Assembly: GCA_937919265.1 (NCBI GenBank)
Contig: CALFOY010000340.1
Span: 1-57,914, forward strand
Source of the DNA: an uncultured Capnocytophaga sp.
GTDB lineage: Bacteria; Bacteroidota; Bacteroidia; Flavobacteriales; Flavobacteriaceae
DNA: 57,914 nucleotides
Direction of reading: 5' to 3'
Positions 9,883 to 20,517 of this stretch are shown piece after piece; positions within the stretch are counted from its first letter, which is position 1; each line of letters begins with the position of its first letter. Made by a program: the position numbers and the translations under genes. The notes under the pieces are model-generated. The model had not been told where the DNA came from and made no database searches. It was given only the letters and a program-made list of their open reading frames with translations.

Positions 9883-10095
9883 TTATTCGTTTTTATCTTC
9901 TAACTTTTTATCATTATTCGGGGTTTCAGGCTTTTCCTCTTCACGCATTGCGCCTTTAAACTCTCGGATACCGCCTCCTAAGCCACGCATTAGTTCAGGA
10001 ATTTTTTTTCCTCCAAAAAATAACAAGGCTAGTACAACAATAACTACAACTTGCCAACCGCCTATAACGCCTAAGAATATACTTTGTGCAAACAT
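9883..10095 (-). CDS. tatA: Twin-arginine translocase TatA/E
   Basis: TM helix followed by LLFFGGKKIPELMRGLGGGIREFK. Confidence 0.95.
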   Translation of the reverse strand: MFAQSIFLGVIGGWQVVVIVVLALLFFGGKKIPELMRGLGGGIREFKGAMREEEKPETPNNDKKLEDKNE

Positions 10096-10211
10096 AACTT
10101 CGCTTTTTTTGGTGCAAATATACGAGTTATTTTTTTAAAAAAGATAAAAAAATATTAATTTTGCATTTTATTGAAAAAGTATCATTATTTTTACATCTCT
10201 AAACGAAATAT

Positions 10212-11093
10212 ATGAGTTCAAGTAATAAAAAACATAAGTCAATGAAAAGCAAGTGGTTATTCAAATATCGTGTTGTGATAATGAATGAAAATACACTTGA
10301 AGATGTGGCTACTTTTCGGTTAAATAGGTTAAATGTTTTTGTTTATAGTTGCCTTTTTGCTATTTTAATGATTGTTTTAACAACTTTGGTCATTATTTAC
10401 ACTCCTTTACGGCAATATATTTTAGGGTTTTCAGAAGCAGAACTTAAGCAAAAAGTAGTTCATTTAACTTTTGAAATGGATTCTCTGCAACAGAAAATAA
10501 CAGGTAATGAGGTTTATTTCCAATCTATTCAAAAAGTTCTTAATGGAGATATAAAGCCTGAAAAACTGGATAAAGATTCTCTTTGGCAAAATGCTGTAAA
10601 TAAAAATGTTACAGATTTCAATTTAAATATTGACCCTAGTGAAGAAGAAATAAAACTTCGTAATGATGTAGCAGAAGAAGAACGTTATAGTATTTTTGAT
10701 GTAGCTTCATCAAGTAAGAAAAATTTACTATTTTTTACCCCTTTAAAAGGAGCGGTTTCCAATACTTTTAAAACTAATGAGAAACATTTTGGAGTAGATG
10801 TTGTAGCTCAGCAAGGTACACCTGTAATGTCTGTTGCTAATGGAACAGTTATTTTTTCAGAATGGTCTGTAAAGACAGGATTTGTTATCATTATAGAACA
10901 CGAAAATAATTTTATTTCAATATATAAGCATAATGCTAGCTTGACAAAAAAACAAGGAGACTTTGTCAAAGCAGGAGAAGTTATTGCTACAGTAGGCAAT
11001 ACAGGAGAGCTTTCTACAGGGACGCATTTACACTTTGAATTATGGAATAATGGGTATCCTGTTGATCCTTTTAACTATATGAATTTCAAGTAA
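10212..11093 (+). CDS. M23 family metallopeptidase
   Basis: N-terminal TM; HFGVD, YKHN and HLHFE motifs. Confidence 0.92.
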   Translation: MSSSNKKHKSMKSKWLFKYRVVIMNENTLEDVATFRLNRLNVFVYSCLFAILMIVLTTLVIIYTPLRQYILGFSEAELKQKVVHLTFEMDSLQQKITGNEVYFQSIQKVLNGDIKPEKLDKDSLWQNAVNKNVTDFNLNIDPSEEEIKLRNDVAEEERYSIFDVASSSKKNLLFFTPLKGAVSNTFKTNEKHFGVDVVAQQGTPVMSVANGTVIFSEWSVKTGFVIIIEHENNFISIYKHNASLTKKQGDFVKAGEVIATVGNTGELSTGTHLHFELWNNGYPVDPFNYMNFK

Positions 11094-11112
11094 TTATAAA
11101 TTATAACAACAA

Positions 11113-12609
11113 ATGTCTATAAAAGCATTAGGAGCCAAATTGTTAGCTTTTTTTGTTAAAAAACAAATTGATAAGTGGGCTAATAATCCAATAGAAACGC
11201 AAGAGAAAATATTCAAACAATTAATAAAACAAGCTAAAAATACAACTTTTGGAAAAGAACATCATTTTGAAGAAATTCAATCAATGGAAGATTTTTCTAA
11301 ATATGTTCCAATACGAGATTATGAAGAATTAATGCCTTATATGCAAAGAGTTATAAATGGAGAAGAAAATATTCTTTGGAAAGGTAAACCCTTATATTTT
11401 GCAAAAACCTCTGGAACAACAAGTGGTATAAAATATATTCCAATCTCAAGAGAATCAATGCCTTATCATATACAAGCTGCTCGTGATGCTATTTTGTTGT
11501 ACATTAATGAAACTAAAAAGGCAAATTTTGTTGATGGTAAGATGATTTTTCTACAAGGAAGCCCCATTTTATCAGAGAAAAATGGTATAAAAGCAGGTAG
11601 ATTATCAGGAATAGCAGCTCATTATGTGCCATATTATTTACAAAAAAATAGATTGCCTTCTTGGAATACCAATTGTATTGAAGATTGGGAAACTAAAGTT
11701 GATAAAATTGTTGAAGAAACAATTTCTGAAAATATGACCGTAATCAGTGGTATACCTTCGTGGGTACAAATGTATTTTGAGAAATTAACAGAAAAAAGTT
11801 CTAAAAAAATATCAGATTTATTCAAGGGTTTTCAGCTTTTTATTTATGGAGGAGTTAATTATGAGCCTTATCGTTCTCATTTCGAAAAACTTATAGGGAA
11901 AAAAGTTGATAGTATAGAGCTTTTCCCCGCAAGTGAAGGCTTTTTTGCTTTTCAAGATAGTCAAAAAGAAAAAGGAATGTTATTGCTACTTAATTCAGGG
12001 ATTTTTTATGAATTTGTTAAAGCAGAAGAAATTTTTGAAGAAAATCATAAAAGGTTAACTATCAAGGATGTAGAGATAGGAGTTAATTATGCAATGATTA
12101 TTTCTACCAATGCAGGTCTTTGGGCATATAATATAGGAGATACAATACAATTTGTTTCAAAAAATCCTTATAGAATTATAGTTTCAGGACGAATAAAACA
12201 TTATATTTCAGCTTTTGGAGAGCATATTATAGCAAAAGAAGTAGAAGAGGCTATTAAGCAAGCTATTGAATGTCAAGGAGGTAGTGTCGTAGAATTTTCA
12301 GTAGCTCCTCAGGTTATTCCACCAAGTGGCGAGCTACCTTACCACGAGTGGTTTATAGAATTTGAGACAGAGCCTTCTGATTTGGATTCTTTTGCAAAAG
12401 AATTGGACAATGCTTTACAAAAACAAAATGTATATTATTTTGACCTTATTCAAGGAAAAGTGCTACAGCCATTGAAAATTACTAAAATACGGAAAAATGG
12501 ATTCGCAGATTATATGAAATCTTTAGGAAAATTGGGTGGGCAAAATAAAATACAAAGACTTGCTAACGATAGAACTGTTGCAGATAAATTAACTTCTTTT
12601 AAACTTTAA
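11113..12609 (+). CDS. GH3 auxin-responsive promoter family acyl-adenylate ligase
   Basis: FAKTSGTTSG-KYIP, ASEG and YNIGD motifs. Confidence 0.92.
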   Translation: MSIKALGAKLLAFFVKKQIDKWANNPIETQEKIFKQLIKQAKNTTFGKEHHFEEIQSMEDFSKYVPIRDYEELMPYMQRVINGEENILWKGKPLYFAKTSGTTSGIKYIPISRESMPYHIQAARDAILLYINETKKANFVDGKMIFLQGSPILSEKNGIKAGRLSGIAAHYVPYYLQKNRLPSWNTNCIEDWETKVDKIVEETISENMTVISGIPSWVQMYFEKLTEKSSKKISDLFKGFQLFIYGGVNYEPYRSHFEKLIGKKVDSIELFPASEGFFAFQDSQKEKGMLLLLNSGIFYEFVKAEEIFEENHKRLTIKDVEIGVNYAMIISTNAGLWAYNIGDTIQFVSKNPYRIIVSGRIKHYISAFGEHIIAKEVEEAIKQAIECQGGSVVEFSVAPQVIPPSGELPYHEWFIEFETEPSDLDSFAKELDNALQKQNVYYFDLIQGKVLQPLKITKIRKNGFADYMKSLGKLGGQNKIQRLANDRTVADKLTSFKL

Positions 12610-12670
12610 CATATAAAAATCTGTTCTTAGTAAAAAAAATAGTATCTTTGTCTGAGATATAAATTAAAAA

Positions 12671-13378
12671 ATGAATAAAATGAAAATTACTTATCTTGGT
12701 CACGCTTGTGTAAATATTGAAATTGATGGGAATTATTTCTTAATAGACCCATTTATTTCAGGAAATCCATTGGCTAAACATATTGATTTACAAGCCATAA
12801 AAGCAGATTATATTTTGCTTACTCACGCACATACAGACCATATTTTGGATACTGAAGCTATTGCTAAAAATACAAATGCTCAGCTTATTAGTAATCCTGA
12901 AATATTAGCTCATTTTAGAAAATTAGGTTTAAGTGGTCACGAAATGAATATAGGAGGATCGCATCGTTTTGTTGATGGAAAGATTAAAATAAAAATGATT
13001 AAAGCCGTTCATTCTTCTTCTTTTCAAGATGGAACTTATGGAGGGAATCCTGCAGGTTATTTAATCAATTATAATGATATAACTGTCTATGTTTCAGGTG
13101 ATACAGCACTTCATATGGATATGAAAATTATTCCTTATCAATATAAAATTGATTTAGCAATTTTTCCGATAGGAAATAATTACACAATGGGAGTTCGTGA
13201 TGCTCTTACAGCAGCTAATTTTGTGGAAACAAGAAATGTATTAGGTGTTCATTATGATACATTTGATGTAATAAAAATAGATAAAGAAACTTCTAAAAAG
13301 AAATTCTCAGATGCTCATAAAAAATTACATTTACTTGAAATAGGAGCCTCTTTAAATGTTATAGACTTAATAAAATAG
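12671..13378 (+). CDS. Metal-dependent hydrolase, metallo-beta-lactamase fold (UPF0173-like)
   Basis: YLGHA, IDPF, THAHTDH, HSSS, GDT and HYDTF motifs. Confidence 0.9.
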   Translation: MNKMKITYLGHACVNIEIDGNYFLIDPFISGNPLAKHIDLQAIKADYILLTHAHTDHILDTEAIAKNTNAQLISNPEILAHFRKLGLSGHEMNIGGSHRFVDGKIKIKMIKAVHSSSFQDGTYGGNPAGYLINYNDITVYVSGDTALHMDMKIIPYQYKIDLAIFPIGNNYTMGVRDALTAANFVETRNVLGVHYDTFDVIKIDKETSKKKFSDAHKKLHLLEIGASLNVIDLIK

Positions 13379-13397
13379 ATATTTTTTGATAAAAAAA

Positions 13398-13429
13398 TTT
13401 GTAAAATCAAAAAAATAGTTTTAATTTTG
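13398..13429 (+). promoter_or_regulatory. rpmH promoter
   Basis: TTTG-N20-TAATTTTG consensus match. Confidence 0.65.
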
Positions 13430-13508
13430 CCCCGTTTTAAAAGTGCCTTAAAAGTGAGGCTTATATTAAGTTTATAATTTTTAATAAGATAATAAAGTAC
13501 AGAGCGTT

Positions 13509-13667
13509 ATGAAAAGAACATTTCAACCTTCAAAAAGAAAAAGAAGAAATAAACACGGTTTTAGAGAGCGTATGGCTACCGCTAATGGAAGAAAAGTATT
13601 GGCTCGTAGAAGAGCTAAAGGACGTAAGAAATTAACAGTTTCATCAGAGCCAAGACATAAAAAATAA
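13509..13667 (+). CDS. rpmH: 50S ribosomal protein L34 (absent from the ORF track, 52 aa)
   Basis: Manual translation [52 protein letters not shown]. Confidence 0.99.
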   Translation: MKRTFQPSKRKRRNKHGFRERMATANGRKVLARRRAKGRKKLTVSSEPRHKK

Positions 13668-13696
13668 TAGTCTATGCACTGCATAAAAATATAAAT

Positions 13697-13731
13697 TAAG
13701 GTATTACAAAAAAGTAATACCTTATTTTTTT
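13697..13731 (+). terminator. rpmH terminator
   Basis: TAAGGTATTAC/GTAATACCTTA stem plus T-tract. Confidence 0.8.
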
Positions 13732-13793
13732 GATAATTAATGAAGATTAGAATTATAAAAAAAACTTCACTTTTATAGTGAAGTTTTTTTATT

Positions 13794-14456
13794 TTATTTT
13801 TTTCCAGATGAAAATAATTTTATTAAAACAGGAGCTGTGGTTATAATTACAATGAATAAAATAATCATTTCCAAATGTTGTTTTAGGTCAATATCAAATT
13901 GGTCAATAAAAATTTTATCCAAATAATGTCCTGAAAAAACTAATATAAAAGACCATAAAACGGCTCCTATAATATTATAAAAAAGGAATTTAGATTTTTC
14001 CATTTTTACAATACCTGCTACAATTGGTGCGAATGTACGAATAATAGGTAAAAAACGAGCAGCTATGATAGCTACTTTCCCGTGTTTTTCATAGAAATCG
14101 TGTGCTCTTATAAGATATTTTTTCTTAAAAAGAAAAGAGTCTGGTCTACTATATAGATTGGCGCCACTTTTTTCTCCAAACCAATATCCCAACATATTTC
14201 CTAATATAGCCATAAGAGCTATAGAACTTGCTAAAATAGTTGTATCAAGCAAATCGCTCCCAGAGCTTCCAAAAGTTTCGGTTATCATTGGCACTGCATA
14301 AATCCCTGAAATGAATAAAAGGCTATCACCAGGTAAGAAAAAGCCTATGAATAAACCTGTTTCTGCAAATATAATAAATAAAACAAGCCAATAACCTCCT
14401 AATTTGATATAAAATTCTGGGTTAATAAGGTCTTTCCAACTTTCAAAATGTTCCAT
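13794..14456 (-). CDS. DedA family membrane protein
   Basis: FAETGLFIGFFLPGDSLLF and ARFLPIIRTFAPIVAG motifs. Confidence 0.95.
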   Translation of the reverse strand: MEHFESWKDLINPEFYIKLGGYWLVLFIIFAETGLFIGFFLPGDSLLFISGIYAVPMITETFGSSGSDLLDTTILASSIALMAILGNMLGYWFGEKSGANLYSRPDSFLFKKKYLIRAHDFYEKHGKVAIIAARFLPIIRTFAPIVAGIVKMEKSKFLFYNIIGAVLWSFILVFSGHYLDKIFIDQFDIDLKQHLEMIILFIVIITTAPVLIKLFSSGKK

Positions 14457-14490
14457 TGTGTTCTTTATTTAGTATTTTTAGATAAATTTA

Positions 14491-15867
14491 TTAAGGTAAA
14501 ATAGTTCTTATTCTGCTATCAGAAAAAATATTTGGATATTTTTTATCAAAAAAAGGTATCCATTCAGGAGCTAATTCAATAGCAATTTTTAAGTGATAAG
14601 TAGTTTTTTCTACATTATTCAGGAAAAAATATGCAATAGCTATTCGATAATGAGTGCTAATTTCTGTAGGATACATATGTAAAGTAACCAAAGCAACGGA
14701 AATGGCTTTCTCGTATTGTTCTTTTATAAGAAGAACATCCGTAAAATCATTTCGCATTTGTGCTGAAAATTCTCCTAAATCAATAGCTTGTTCATATGTT
14801 TGAATTGCATTATCATATTGACCTACAATAGAATAAATTTCTGCACATCGGCATAAAAATGTAGGGTCATCACCTTCATTAATAAGAACTTTTGATACGT
14901 ATTTAACAGCTTTTTCAAAATCATTTTCTCTTGCATAATAATCCACTAAGGCTAACCAAGCTTTGCTCGATTGTGGGTCTTCGTGTACGGCTTTGAAATA
15001 ATACTGTTCAGCGGCATTTTTTTCTCCCATTTTCTCATAACAATTACCTATTCTAAGATAAGCAAAAGAAGAGGGGTCATCAAGAGTTAAGGTGATTTTA
15101 TAATTTTCAATGGCTTCTTTATATTGTTTTAGCCTTTCTAATACCTTTCCTTTTTCAAAATAAGCACCTGTGAAAGTATCATCACTGATGATGGCAAAGT
15201 CAAAACATTTTAAAGCTTCTTCCAAATTATTTTTAGCAATGTATTGTCTTCCTAAATTGTGCCAAGCTACTTCACAATATGGATTTTTATCAATGTAATT
15301 TGTTAGAAAATCAATGGCTTGAGTGTGTTCTTGTAGAAAATCATAGCAGTGTAATAGTTGTTGCAAAGAAAAATAATCTTCTGGGTCTTTGGATAAGCAT
15401 TCCTGAAAATATATTTTAGCCATTGCGTAATCTTCCATATACACATACTCCATAGCAATTAATGAATAAACATCAGCTATTTCTTCAGTAAGGGAAGACG
15501 CATATTTTAGTAATTCTATAGCTTTATGATGGTTATTTTTTTTAGAATACAAATTTGCTCTTTGTATATAAACCTCAGTGTTATAAGGTTCTAAGGAGAT
15601 AATATCATCAAGAATGGCACCTGCTTGTGCTAAATTATCTTCATAAATAAACATTTCAGCTTGTAAAAGCCTTAGTTCAGTAGCCAAAGGGTGTTGAGAT
15701 AGAGATATCTCAATGGCTTGTTTAGCTTTGCCGAATTTAGCATTCTCTAAATAATGAATGATAATATCCTCAAATTCATATCGGTCAAAGAATAAGTACT
15801 GATTGTCTTTAAGCATTGCTTCATATTTGGTAACAACTAAAAGACGCTCTTCTTCTTTTGAAAACAT
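14491..15867 (-). CDS. Tetratricopeptide repeat protein
   Basis: Many TPR units; start moved to ATG 15867 (MFSKEE). Confidence 0.9.
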   Translation of the reverse strand: MFSKEEERLLVVTKYEAMLKDNQYLFFDRYEFEDIIIHYLENAKFGKAKQAIEISLSQHPLATELRLLQAEMFIYEDNLAQAGAILDDIISLEPYNTEVYIQRANLYSKKNNHHKAIELLKYASSLTEEIADVYSLIAMEYVYMEDYAMAKIYFQECLSKDPEDYFSLQQLLHCYDFLQEHTQAIDFLTNYIDKNPYCEVAWHNLGRQYIAKNNLEEALKCFDFAIISDDTFTGAYFEKGKVLERLKQYKEAIENYKITLTLDDPSSFAYLRIGNCYEKMGEKNAAEQYYFKAVHEDPQSSKAWLALVDYYARENDFEKAVKYVSKVLINEGDDPTFLCRCAEIYSIVGQYDNAIQTYEQAIDLGEFSAQMRNDFTDVLLIKEQYEKAISVALVTLHMYPTEISTHYRIAIAYFFLNNVEKTTYHLKIAIELAPEWIPFFDKKYPNIFSDSRIRTILP

Positions 15868-16100
15868 TTTTTTCTTTTTAATAAAATTTTGTGATAGCAA
15901 TAATAATTTATTAAGTAAAAATATAAGAATTATTACACAACACTTCAAGGTGACAAAATTACGTATTTTTTCTTAAAGAAATTCATAAAGAAAAAAAACT
16001 TTTCCGCTAACTTTTGAACATTTATTAATTGTTTTTTAAGAAATAAAAAAGGATTTGAATTTTTCAAATCCTTTTCAATTTATCAATAATAACTAAATAA

Positions 16101-16952
16101 TTATAAATTTACATCAAGTGGTCTATCTGTTGAAAATACCTGAATGCCAAGTGCAGACCATTCTTTATAAAGGTGGTTACCTTTGCTTTCAGCACGTTTG
16201 TCAAGGTTACCAAGAGTTCCTAATATAGAAGGGATTTTTTTACTTGCCAATTTTTCATAAAGAGATTTTTCTGAAAGTTTTATTCCTGTGAATGCAAGTA
16301 TTTTTTCTTGAGGAATTCCTGTTTCTAAGGTGCGATTAAGTTCCTCTTCATTACGAATAGTTGCAGAAATTAACATTTCAGGAGCTACTTCGTGAATTTT
16401 TTTAGCTTGTTGAGTGTTGTAACTTATAAAAACTACTTGATGTTGCATATTTTCAGCTCTGACAAGTTCTGCAACTTTTTGGTAAGAAACTCCTTTTTTA
16501 AAATCAAGCATTAAATAGCCTTTGTTTTTATAGCACCAAGCTAAAACGTTTTTAAGTAAAGGCATTTTAAATGAAGTTACATTTCCAAAGTCATCAATTA
16601 AATTTTCTTTCCAAAGTTCTTGAGATGTTTTCTCAATGGCTAAACCAGAGCCTGTGCAAGTGCGTCCAAGTTTGTCATCGTGCATTAAAAATAATTGCCC
16701 GTCAGCACTTTCAAAAATGTCAATTTCAAAACTATGAATGCCTTTTTTGGATAGAAATTGAATAGTTTCCAAACAATTTTCAGGGTAGCCTTTTATACCT
16801 TTTCCTGCTCTATGTGCAGAAATAATGGTTTTTTCAGCAAAATACATTTGGTTAGAAATTTCCTTAGTAGGTTTTATTTCAGCATACTTAGGTGCGTTTT
16901 TACAACCAACAAAAAACGCTAAAAAAAGTGTAAGAATAAATAATTTTTTCAT
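16101..16952 (-). CDS. Glycerophosphodiester phosphodiesterase lipoprotein
   Basis: Lipobox FVGC; SAHRAG, PEN, EIDI, MHD and TDRP motifs. Confidence 0.92.
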   Translation of the reverse strand: MKKLFILTLFLAFFVGCKNAPKYAEIKPTKEISNQMYFAEKTIISAHRAGKGIKGYPENCLETIQFLSKKGIHSFEIDIFESADGQLFLMHDDKLGRTCTGSGLAIEKTSQELWKENLIDDFGNVTSFKMPLLKNVLAWCYKNKGYLMLDFKKGVSYQKVAELVRAENMQHQVVFISYNTQQAKKIHEVAPEMLISATIRNEEELNRTLETGIPQEKILAFTGIKLSEKSLYEKLASKKIPSILGTLGNLDKRAESKGNHLYKEWSALGIQVFSTDRPLDVNL

Positions 16953-17148
16953 TTAAATTTTTTTAGATTGCAAAAGTACATTATTTTTTGAAAAATAGAA
17001 TAAAAAACATCATCTTTTTATATAAAAACTGAACTTTGTCATTTTATTATTTTTTACATAATAAGTGAATTTTTTGTTAAAAAATAACAACTGTCAAAAA
17101 AAAATTGTAATTTAGCCAAAAATTACAACAACTCTAAAATGAATTTTT

Positions 17149-18435
17149 ATGACGAACACAGCGAAATTATTAGTTGATGGGAAAGAATATGAATTTCCTA
17201 TTTTAGTAGGTAGCGAGGGAGAAAAAGCTATAGATATCAATAGCTTACGTGCTCAAACAGGCTACATAACTTTGGACTCTGGATACAAAAATACAGGAGC
17301 TTGTCAAAGTGCTATTACTTTCCTAGATGGAGAACGAGGTATTCTTCGTTATCGAGGATATAATATTGAAGATTTGGCAGAAAAAGCAAGTTTTTTGGAA
17401 GTTGCACATTTACTTATTTTTGGAGAACTTCCAAATCAGGCTGAACTTCATAAATTTCAATCAACAATTAATAAATATTCTCTTGTACACGAGGAGATGA
17501 AAACCATTTTGGACGGATTTCCAAAATCTGCTCATCCAATGGGTGTGCTTTCTTCTTTGACGAGTGCTTTAACTGCATTTAACCCTAGTTCTGTTGATGT
17601 TTCCTGCCCTAATGATGTGTATGAGGCTATTTGTAAAGGAATGGCTAAGTTTTTAGTGATAGCTACTTGGGTATATCGTAAGCGAGAAGGCTTCCCACTC
17701 AATTACTATGATAATACTAAAGGGTATGTAGAGAATTTCTTAAGATTAATGTTCGAAATTCCTACTGAAAAATATCAAATAAACCCTGCTATGGTAAGCG
17801 CTTTGAATAAGTTACTTATTCTTCACGGAGACCACGAACAAAACTGTTCTACTTCAACAGTACGTTTAGTAGGTTCTTCTCACGCTGGGCTTTTTGCTAC
17901 AATTTCTTCAGGAGTTTCAGCGCTTTGGGGAAGACTTCACGGGGGAGCAAATCAAGCTGTAGTTGAAATGTTAGAAGATATTCATAAAGACGGAGGTGAT
18001 GTTGAAAAGTATATCAGAAAAGCTAAAGATAAAGATGATCCTTTCCGTTTGATGGGCTTCGGGCATAGAGTATATAAAAACTTTGACCCACGAGCAAAAA
18101 TTATAAAACAAGCAGCCGATGAGGTGATTCATAGTTTAGGAATAACTGAACCTATTTTTGAAATTGCTAAAAAATTAGAAAAAGTAGCATTAGAAGATGA
18201 TTATTTTATCTCTAAAAAATTATATCCAAACGTAGATTTTTATTCAGGAATTATTTATCGTGCTTTTGGTTTCCAAACAGAGATGTTTACAGTTATGTTT
18301 GCCGTAGGTCGTTTACCTGGTTGGATAGCTCAATGGAAAGAAATGAGACAAGGAAATGAGCCTATTGGACGTCCTCGACAAGTATATGTGGGAGTGCCAC
18401 ATCGTGATTATGTAGAATTGAAAGATAGAAAATAA
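17149..18435 (+). CDS. gltA: Citrate synthase
   Basis: DHEQNCST, HGGANQAV, GFGHRVYKNFDPRA and YPNVDFYSG motifs. Confidence 0.98.
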   Translation: MTNTAKLLVDGKEYEFPILVGSEGEKAIDINSLRAQTGYITLDSGYKNTGACQSAITFLDGERGILRYRGYNIEDLAEKASFLEVAHLLIFGELPNQAELHKFQSTINKYSLVHEEMKTILDGFPKSAHPMGVLSSLTSALTAFNPSSVDVSCPNDVYEAICKGMAKFLVIATWVYRKREGFPLNYYDNTKGYVENFLRLMFEIPTEKYQINPAMVSALNKLLILHGDHEQNCSTSTVRLVGSSHAGLFATISSGVSALWGRLHGGANQAVVEMLEDIHKDGGDVEKYIRKAKDKDDPFRLMGFGHRVYKNFDPRAKIIKQAADEVIHSLGITEPIFEIAKKLEKVALEDDYFISKKLYPNVDFYSGIIYRAFGFQTEMFTVMFAVGRLPGWIAQWKEMRQGNEPIGRPRQVYVGVPHRDYVELKDRK

Positions 18436-18518
18436 ATCTATTTGTGAAAATATATTAAAATAAAAAATCCTTAAAAATTACTTTTAAGGATTTTTTATTA
18501 TTTAAGTAAGAATTAATT

Positions 18519-19031
18519 TTAAAATTTATAAGTAATTCCAACTTTTGCTATTCCGTTATTCAATTGTCCTACTTCTGCTCCCAATTCAAGATTTACACCA
18601 AAACTATTAGAGAAAAAATAACGACCACCTGTGTGAATACGAGCATTAAAACCTGAGTAGCCATCTCCAGTATATCCACTACTTGATGAAGAAATGAAGA
18701 AACCTAAGCCCATACCAGCATATACATCTACCTGAGAAGGAAGAGCAGGTATTATACTATTGAAATGATAGTTACCAACAGCCATTACTCCAAAAATATT
18801 GTGAGTATATTTTGTATAAACCCAATCTGCACTGTATGAACGGAAAGAAACTTCTCCTCCTAAAGTAATATCCTTATTTAGTCCTGCTTCTAAACCAACA
18901 TAAACAGGAACTCCCCAGCCAGAAGTACCGAAACCAGCATTAAGTTGTACATTTCCTTTGCCTAAAACTGCTTGTGCAGATGCTGTAGCTACGGCAAAAA
19001 ATAACCCAGCAAACATTAAAAATTTTTTCAT
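18519..19031 (-). CDS. Small outer-membrane beta-barrel protein
   Basis: Signal peptide, alternating beta strands, C-terminal VGITYKF. Confidence 0.8.
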   Translation of the reverse strand: MKKFLMFAGLFFAVATASAQAVLGKGNVQLNAGFGTSGWGVPVYVGLEAGLNKDITLGGEVSFRSYSADWVYTKYTHNIFGVMAVGNYHFNSIIPALPSQVDVYAGMGLGFFISSSSSGYTGDGYSGFNARIHTGGRYFFSNSFGVNLELGAEVGQLNNGIAKVGITYKF

Positions 19032-19085
19032 TATTAATTCTATTTAATTTGTGCAAATGTACTATTTTTTTTTTAAATTTGCAAT

Positions 19086-19979
19086 ATGATTACACCAAAA
19101 ATTTTAAAACCCAATGCCAAAATAGGGATTCTTTCTACAGCAAGAGCTATTTCTTTTGAAGAAATTTCTAATGCTGTTAAATGGTTAGAAGAGTCTGATT
19201 TTCAGGTAATTATTGGGGATACGATTGATGCTAAATATCATCAATTTGCAGGTGATGATATTTTACGACAAAAGGATTTACAATCAATGTTAAATAATCC
19301 TAATATTGATGCCATATGGTGCGCACGTGGCGGATATGGTACTGCAAGACTATTGGATAAAATTGATTTTTCATCATTTTTATTACACCCAAAGTGGATT
19401 TTGGGGTATTCTGATATTACGGCTTTGCATTGGCATTTACAGCATTTAGGAGTAGCGTCTGCTCATTGTACTATGCCTATAAGTCTGAATACTAATACAT
19501 TAGAGTCTATTTTATCTATAAAACAATTTCTTTTAGGAGAAAAAATAGAATACCATTGGGAAAATTCTATTGCTTATTCATCGCAAATGATTGAAGGTGA
19601 GCTGATTGGTGGAAATCTATCTGTTATTTATAGTCTTTTGGGTTCTCCTTCGAAGGTTGATACAAGAGGAAAAATTCTATTACTTGAAGATGTAGATGAA
19701 TACCTATATCATATTGATAGAATGATACTTAACTTATCTCGTAATGGAATTTTTAAGGATTTGAAAGCTATTATTATTGGAGGATTTTCACAAATGCACG
19801 ATAATACTATTCCTTTTGGAAAAACAGCTTGTGAAATAATAATGGAACATTGTTCTATTTTTGATATTCCAATTATTTTTAACGCTCCTTTTGGACATAT
19901 AGAAGATAATAGGTTATTTCCTCTTGGTAAAAAAGTGAAAATTGAGTTAAATAATTATAAAGTTTTATTATCTTTTTAA
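19086..19979 (+). CDS. LD-carboxypeptidase (S66 family)
   Basis: CARGGYG, GYSDIT, GGNLS, LEDVDE and FGH motifs. Confidence 0.93.
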   Translation: MITPKILKPNAKIGILSTARAISFEEISNAVKWLEESDFQVIIGDTIDAKYHQFAGDDILRQKDLQSMLNNPNIDAIWCARGGYGTARLLDKIDFSSFLLHPKWILGYSDITALHWHLQHLGVASAHCTMPISLNTNTLESILSIKQFLLGEKIEYHWENSIAYSSQMIEGELIGGNLSVIYSLLGSPSKVDTRGKILLLEDVDEYLYHIDRMILNLSRNGIFKDLKAIIIGGFSQMHDNTIPFGKTACEIIMEHCSIFDIPIIFNAPFGHIEDNRLFPLGKKVKIELNNYKVLLSF

Positions 19980-19983
19980 GTAA

Positions 19984-20475
19984 ATGCCAAAAATATTATT
20001 ACTTTCAGATACACATAGTTATCTTGATGAAGCTATTTTTAATCATATAGCTTGGGCAGATGAAGTGTGGCATGCCGGAGATTTTGGGAATATAGAAATA
20101 GCTCGTAAAATACGGGAAATCAAACCTTTAATAGGTGTTTTTGGGAATATAGATGGAGCAGAAATAAGAACAGAATTTCCAAAAGAAATTTTTTTTGAAC
20201 GTGGAGGAATGACTATTTTTATGACTCATATAGGTGGGTATCCTAATAAATATGCAACAGGGATTTTAGAAAAAATTAAAACATTGCATCCTCAAATATT
20301 TATCTGTGGGCATTCTCATATTTTAAAGATTATTTTTGATAAAAAAAATAATCTTCTACATCTTAATCCTGGAGCTATTGGTAAATTTGGTATGCAAAAA
20401 ACTCGGACAATGCTTCGTTTTGAGATTGATAAAGGTACAATTCAAAATATGGAAATTGTAGAATATCCGTTGTAA
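19984..20475 (+). CDS. YfcE-like metallophosphoesterase
   Basis: SDTH, HAGD, GNID, GHSH and NPGA motifs. Confidence 0.92.
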   Translation: MPKILLLSDTHSYLDEAIFNHIAWADEVWHAGDFGNIEIARKIREIKPLIGVFGNIDGAEIRTEFPKEIFFERGGMTIFMTHIGGYPNKYATGILEKIKTLHPQIFICGHSHILKIIFDKKNNLLHLNPGAIGKFGMQKTRTMLRFEIDKGTIQNMEIVEYPL

Positions 20476-20517
20476 AATAAAAAAAGCAAGGAAAATTAAA
20501 TCCTTGCTTTTTTGTAT

